Part shown: positions 59,653 through 64,000 of the stretch, piece by piece
Position numbering within the stretch: the stretch's first letter is position 1
Layout of the letters: each line of letters starts with the position of its first letter
From: Candidatus Komeilibacteria bacterium CG11_big_fil_rev_8_21_14_0_20_36_20
Lineage (GTDB): Bacteria > Patescibacteriota > Patescibacteriia > UBA1558 > GWA2-36-10
Length of the DNA: 64,000 nucleotides
Direction of reading: 5' to 3'
Assembly (NCBI GenBank): GCA_002787405.1
Contig: PCWQ01000012.1
Span: forward strand, 76,458 to 140,457
Made by a program: the position numbers and the translations under genes
Notes under the pieces: model-generated
What the model saw: only the letters and a program-made list of their open reading frames with translations
Told to the model about the DNA's origin: nothing
Databases searched by the model: none

Positions 59653-59779
59653 TCAATAGTCCGGCGATAATTATTTGGAAAATGAAACTACCACTACCCG
59701 GATCTAAATAAGCATGGGCGGTTTTGGTTACTAAGAGGAAAAAGAGTGACAAAAAGATAAGATTTGATTTTTGTTTCAT
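59543..59779 (-). CDS. Small membrane protein, hypothetical
   Basis: 78 aa with two hydrophobic segments. It overlaps the annotated 5' end of the methyltransferase ORF. Confidence 0.3.
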   Translation of the reverse strand: MKQKSNLIFLSLFFLLVTKTAHAYLDPGSGSFIFQIIIAGLLSGAFAIKMYFKKIKKLFTRIFNRKKTDYEEEHKETP

Positions 59780-59788
59780 AAATTTTTA

Positions 59789-61387
59789 TTAATTAATTTT
59801 ATAAATTCGCGTGTCTGAATCTTCGTAAACTAAACTAGCATAGAGGTCATTATCAAGATTTTGGATAAGCATAGTGTGATTGTTTTTTTCCACAAAGATA
59901 AATTCAGCACCAAAAGCATCTTTTATTTGTCGAGCCGGATTATGAATAATTTGACCGGTACTCAAATCAATAAAACGTTGATGCAGCCGGGCATCAAAGT
60001 TATGCATAAAAGTCGGATCTAAACCAACTAAATAATAATTGTGATCGTTATGATAAAAAAGAATTGGCCATTCGTCCCAGTCACTATGAAAAATAATAGA
60101 ATTTTCAGGAGTATTGTTTTTTAACCAGTTAGTGGCTAGTTGAAATTTATCAAAAGGCAGATGCTGTGGTATTTGAGTGTCAATTGTGCTTCGGATAACA
60201 GTGGGCATCACAAGGGTAGCAAAAGCCAAGAGGGCAACGATTAAATATATTTTTAAATAAAGTCTTAGTCCTTGCCAAATTTTTACGATTTTTTCCCAAT
60301 TAGTTATTTTTTTAAGGTCAGTTATTCCACAAGCAGTAAATAGGAGAGCAAAAGGCATAAAATATTCTACATATCTTCTTGATTTTATAGTTAAGAGCAG
60401 AAAGATGAACATTAAGGCAAAACTGAACCAAGTCTGGCGACTGATTTTTTTATGCCGGAATATTAAAAGTATAAAAATTAAGCAGTTAGTGACAAAGATA
60501 TGAGGGACTGCCGAGATTAAAGTAATCAGATCAGTGCCATACCATTCTCCGCCGACTGGAAATTGATTACCTAAGTTGATAATACCGATTTGGATAATCT
60601 GCTGATAATAAAAATATAAATTCTGGGGCCAGTAAGGGTTGATTATCAGCCCAGCCAGCAGGCCGAGTAGGAGCCAAACCAGTAGTTTGATATTTTTTGA
60701 TTCATTGGGTTGGTGAGTAAAAACGCGGATAACCTTATGCCATAAAAGCTTTAGTCTATTACTGTGATAGTAATTGTAAACATTGTCAGTGATTAGATAA
60801 ATTAAGGTGATTAGAATAGCTAAAGGCCAACCGCCATAAAGCCAGATAAAAATAAAACCCAACAAAGCCATCAACCATTTTTTTTGTTTAAAGAGCGCAT
60901 AAAGCAACAAGAAGATGACTAATAAGGATAAGCTGTTTGCTTTAATTAAAGATAATCTAAAATTCAAACCATTCAGAGTAATAAAAAGTAGCGTAAAAAT
61001 CCAGGGCCAGACCACGTGTATTTTTTTCAGCAACCAGTAAAAAACCAGAACCATAGTGACAGTAAAAACCACGGTGGCTATTTTGACGCCCATCAGCGGA
61101 TTACTAATTAGAGTAAACGGTGCCAAAAGAAGATGATAGAGTAGATGATGGTCGGTAAAATGGTCTTTAAGGGTGGTAAATTGCACCCAGGGCAATGTAG
61201 TCAATAATTTACCTTGTCTTAACCAGAGGGCTATTTTAGCGTGATAAAAACCATCTGGATCACCAATATAGGGAGGCCATTGCAGTTGTCCATAATAAAA
61301 GGCCATTAAAATAAAAATAGCTAAATAATCTATTTTCCAACGAGTCCATTGTTTAGTTGATTTGAGCCAGGTTAATTGCTTTGACAT
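59789..61387 (-). CDS. Large polytopic membrane protein, GT-C/PMT-like glycosyltransferase fold candidate
   Basis: 532 aa, more than 12 TM helices, and an N-terminal loop DPDGFYHAK reminiscent of GT39/ArnT-type enzymes. Confidence 0.35.
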   Translation of the reverse strand: MSKQLTWLKSTKQWTRWKIDYLAIFILMAFYYGQLQWPPYIGDPDGFYHAKIALWLRQGKLLTTLPWVQFTTLKDHFTDHHLLYHLLLAPFTLISNPLMGVKIATVVFTVTMVLVFYWLLKKIHVVWPWIFTLLFITLNGLNFRLSLIKANSLSLLVIFLLLYALFKQKKWLMALLGFIFIWLYGGWPLAILITLIYLITDNVYNYYHSNRLKLLWHKVIRVFTHQPNESKNIKLLVWLLLGLLAGLIINPYWPQNLYFYYQQIIQIGIINLGNQFPVGGEWYGTDLITLISAVPHIFVTNCLIFILLIFRHKKISRQTWFSFALMFIFLLLTIKSRRYVEYFMPFALLFTACGITDLKKITNWEKIVKIWQGLRLYLKIYLIVALLAFATLVMPTVIRSTIDTQIPQHLPFDKFQLATNWLKNNTPENSIIFHSDWDEWPILFYHNDHNYYLVGLDPTFMHNFDARLHQRFIDLSTGQIIHNPARQIKDAFGAEFIFVEKNNHTMLIQNLDNDLYASLVYEDSDTRIYKIN

Positions 61388-61703
61388 AGGTCTATTTTAA
61401 CAGAAACAACTATAAAATTAAAGTCAAAATTAGAGCAAGAAAAAATCCCCGCCAGGCACGGACGCGAGGATTTTGAAATTCAGCTTGGTCTGAATCCATC
61501 TAGGAATTAAGATGAACGAGATGATAGAACAACGGTTTTATTTATCTTATTATTTTAAAAATAAAAAGTCAACCCCAAAAGAGGTAAATTTTCAACAGGG
61601 GTCGTCTTAAATTTAAAGTCTAATTAATCATTGATTTTTTGGTCTATAATTGCTAAGATATTAGTGATTATAATGACAATCAACATAAGTTCAATACTTA
61701 TTT

Positions 61704-62426
61704 TTGTTTAAGCAGGATTTTATGAGTGGACATTCAAAATGGGCGACAATTAAAAGGGCTAAATCAGCTAATGATGCTAGGCGCAGTAATGTATTTACTA
61801 AATTATCCAAGAATATTGCTGTAGCGGCTAAGGCCGGCGCCGACCCTGACATTAATTTTAAATTGAGAATAGCCATTGATAAGGCCAGAGTTTTTAATAT
61901 GCCTAAAGACAACATTGAGAGGGCTATTAAGCGGGGTAGTGGCGGAGGAGACGATAGCAGGATTGAAAGTTTGTTATATGAGGCCTATGGCCCAGAGGGC
62001 GTTGCGATAATTATTGAAATTTTAACTGATAATAAAAATCGAGCTGTTTCCAACTTAAAACATGTTTTAAACAAACACGGCGGTAATTTAGGTAATAGCG
62101 GCTCTGTTTTATGGATGTTTGAGTCCAAAGGAGAAATTATTTTAGACAAGAATGAAATTAACAATGAAGATGAATTAAAGATAATTGATAGTGGGGCAGA
62201 AGACATTGTTCAGGATGGGCAAATAAAAGTGATCACCAGTATTGATGATTTAGAGAAGGTTAAGGATCAGTTACAAACCAATGGTTTTAAAATTGAATCT
62301 TCAGAAATGATCTATTGGCCGAAAGATAAGGTTGCTATTAAAGACGAGGAAAAATTATTGAAACTTCTGGATGCTTTAGATGATGATGAAGATGTGAATA
62401 ATATTCATACTAACGCTAATATATAA
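61704..62426 (+). CDS. yebC: YebC/PmpR-family probable transcriptional regulator
   Basis: MSGHSKWATIKRAK...GGGDDSRIESLLYEAYGPEGVAIIIE matches the YebC signature. Confidence 0.9.
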   Translation: MFKQDFMSGHSKWATIKRAKSANDARRSNVFTKLSKNIAVAAKAGADPDINFKLRIAIDKARVFNMPKDNIERAIKRGSGGGDDSRIESLLYEAYGPEGVAIIIEILTDNKNRAVSNLKHVLNKHGGNLGNSGSVLWMFESKGEIILDKNEINNEDELKIIDSGAEDIVQDGQIKVITSIDDLEKVKDQLQTNGFKIESSEMIYWPKDKVAIKDEEKLLKLLDALDDDEDVNNIHTNANI

Positions 62427-62920
62427 TGCTGAGTAAACCAAGAATTATTTTGGGTTTAGACCCAGGTTTAGCTGATACTGGTTTTGGCGTTATTTCGGTT
62501 GTTGGCAACCAATTGACTTTTATGGATGCCGGTAGTATCCAGACAGCTAAACAGATCGCTTTTACTAAACGGTTGGAAAGTATTTTTTTAGATATAAATA
62601 AGATTATTAAAAAATATCAGCCGGATTTGGTGGCAGTGGAAAAATTGTATTTTGCTCGCAATGTAACAACTGCTTTGAGTGTTGGAGAAGCTCGAGGTGT
62701 AATTTTATTGGCTATTCAGCAAAATAACAAAGAATTATTGGAATTTACTCCCCTGCAAATTAAACAGGCTTTGACTACTAGCGGACAAGCCAGTAAGAAG
62801 CAGGTAGGACAGATGGTTAAGGCTATTTTGAAACTTGCAATAATTCCTCAACCAGATGATGTCGCGGATGCTTTAGCTATTGCCATTACGGCTTCCTTTT
62901 TTAATAAAAAATTAGTTTAA
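62426..62920 (+). CDS. ruvC: Crossover junction endodeoxyribonuclease RuvC
   Basis: ILGLDPGLADTGFGVI...DLVAVEKLYF...PDDVADALAIAI carries the catalytic D/E/D/D positions. Confidence 0.88.
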   Translation: MLSKPRIILGLDPGLADTGFGVISVVGNQLTFMDAGSIQTAKQIAFTKRLESIFLDINKIIKKYQPDLVAVEKLYFARNVTTALSVGEARGVILLAIQQNNKELLEFTPLQIKQALTTSGQASKKQVGQMVKAILKLAIIPQPDDVADALAIAITASFFNKKLV

Positions 62921-62922
62921 TT

Positions 62923-64000
62923 ATGAAATCATTAAAAATAGTTTCCATTGCCTCGGAAGTTGATCCTTATTCTAAGACAGGTGGCTTAGCTGATGTAGCT
63001 AGGGCTTTGCCTAAGTCTTTACATCGGCTGGGGCATGAAGTAATTATTATTACACCTTTATACGGTCGGGCCATAGATAAAGATAAACATAATCTGGAGA
63101 GAATATATAGTGATGTCAAATTACGCCTAGACAAAAAAAATGAGGTAAAAGTCAGTTATTATCGAGCTGAATTATTACTGGGCTTAAAGGTGTATTTTAT
63201 TCGTAATGATAAATATTTTTCCCGCTATAAAAAAATTTATGGTTCCAGTCATGAGAATGCTCGTTTTTATTTGTTTGATGTGGCTGCTTTAAAATTAATT
63301 TCTCTTTTAAAGTTTAAAGCCGATGTTATTCATTGTCATGATTGGCAGGCCGGTCTCATTCCTTATTTAAAAAAACACCGTTTTAGAAAAAGCCAAACTT
63401 TAGCTAAGGCAGTTACTGTTTTCACCATTCATAATCTAACTTTTCAGTTAGGCACTAATTGGTGGGAAGTCCCCTTAAAATATAAAGACAAGGGTATTAA
63501 GGCCTTACCTTTATTTAGCAATCCTAAAATAGAATATATTAATTTTGCTAAAAGGGCTATCTTGTGGGCTGACATTATTAATACTGTTTCCGAAACTTAC
63601 GCGGAGGAAATTATTAAGAAAAAATTCGGGCAGGATCTCCATCGTATTTTGATTAATCGTCGCCATAAATTATTTGGGGTGGTTAATGGTATTGATTATT
63701 ATGACTATAACCCCAAGACAGATAAGGGGTTAAAGAAGAATTATACAGTAGAGAATGTTCACCGTAAAATTGTTAATAAGCGTTATTTGCAAAAACTCTA
63801 TAAATTGCCGGTTAATGATGGGCTGCCGCTGATCGGATTAACTTCCCGCATTACTGAACAAAAAGGATTTGATTTAATTTTAGATATTTTACCGACTGTT
63901 TTGCTGCGTGATGTGCAGGTTATTATTTTAGGTACGGGAGAAAAGCCGTATATTAAAAAACTTAATCAAATCACCAAAAAATATCCAAATAAATTTGTTT
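62923..64000 (+). CDS. glgA: Glycogen/starch synthase (ADP-glucose type), C-terminus beyond the window
   Basis: MKSLKIVSIASEVDPYSKTGGLADVARALP carries the KTGGL motif. HCHDWQAG is also present. The ORF is open at the 3' end. Confidence 0.8.
   Translation, partial: MKSLKIVSIASEVDPYSKTGGLADVARALPKSLHRLGHEVIIITPLYGRAIDKDKHNLERIYSDVKLRLDKKNEVKVSYYRAELLLGLKVYFIRNDKYFSRYKKIYGSSHENARFYLFDVAALKLISLLKFKADVIHCHDWQAGLIPYLKKHRFRKSQTLAKAVTVFTIHNLTFQLGTNWWEVPLKYKDKGIKALPLFSNPKIEYINFAKRAILWADIINTVSETYAEEIIKKKFGQDLHRILINRRHKLFGVVNGIDYYDYNPKTDKGLKKNYTVENVHRKIVNKRYLQKLYKLPVNDGLPLIGLTSRITEQKGFDLILDILPTVLLRDVQVIILGTGEKPYIKKLNQITKKYPNKFV

Noticed and set aside
59789-61387. Calling the 532-aa membrane protein a specific PMT/ArnT glycosyltransferase.
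   Set aside because: Only a short DPDGFYHAK-like loop motif and topology support this. It is kept as a low-confidence GT-C-like membrane protein.
1-64000. CRISPR arrays, IS elements, transposases, integrases, prophage genes.
   Set aside because: No regularly spaced short direct repeats were found. The only tandem repeat is the 2 x 97-bp duplication, inside coding sequence. No translations with DDE, serine or tyrosine recombinase motifs were recognised.

Overview
The window is AT-rich (roughly 33% GC by eye) and gene-dense, and it looks like a small-genome bacterium, probably of the Candidate Phyla Radiation (CPR) or Patescibacteria type. Supporting features are lamin-tail-domain, VanW and FemAB proteins, many small membrane proteins and fused housekeeping genes. 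It carries the chromosomal origin region: rpmH-rnpA-yidD-yidC on the minus strand, then dnaA-dnaN on the plus strand. Coding strand switches at about 26.4 kb, with almost all genes on minus before it and on plus after it.

Core genes found:
- smc (partial), rnc, a nusB-NUDIX fusion, rpmF, ssb, rnhB, gdh
- an operon reading csoR-family regulator, trxA, trxB
- ruvA, rpoB, rpoC, ftsK, recA, galU, yebC, ruvC
- glgA (partial)
- three tRNAs: Val-GAC, Leu-TAG, Arg-CCT

Regions that look accessory or unusual:
1. A GC-richer, tRNA-flanked islet at about 8.0-10.4 kb. It holds a tRNA 5' fragment, unknown membrane or CxxC genes, and a gene split by a perfect 97-bp tandem duplication.
2. A secreted protein with a Bacteroidetes-type type IX secretion system (T9SS) C-terminal sorting domain, right after dnaN.
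3. A cell-envelope locus at 46.8-61.4 kb. It encodes a flippase, an O-antigen-ligase-like protein, GalU, a solute-binding protein, DUF2079, a sulfatase, GT-C-like proteins and methyltransferases. Inside it sit four tandem paralogous small two-TM proteins with signal peptides and VirB2/TrbC pilin-like architecture.
4. Several GC-rich structured intergenic elements of unknown class.

I found no CRISPR array, transposase or integrase. All calls rest on reading the translations and sequence by eye. No database search was possible.
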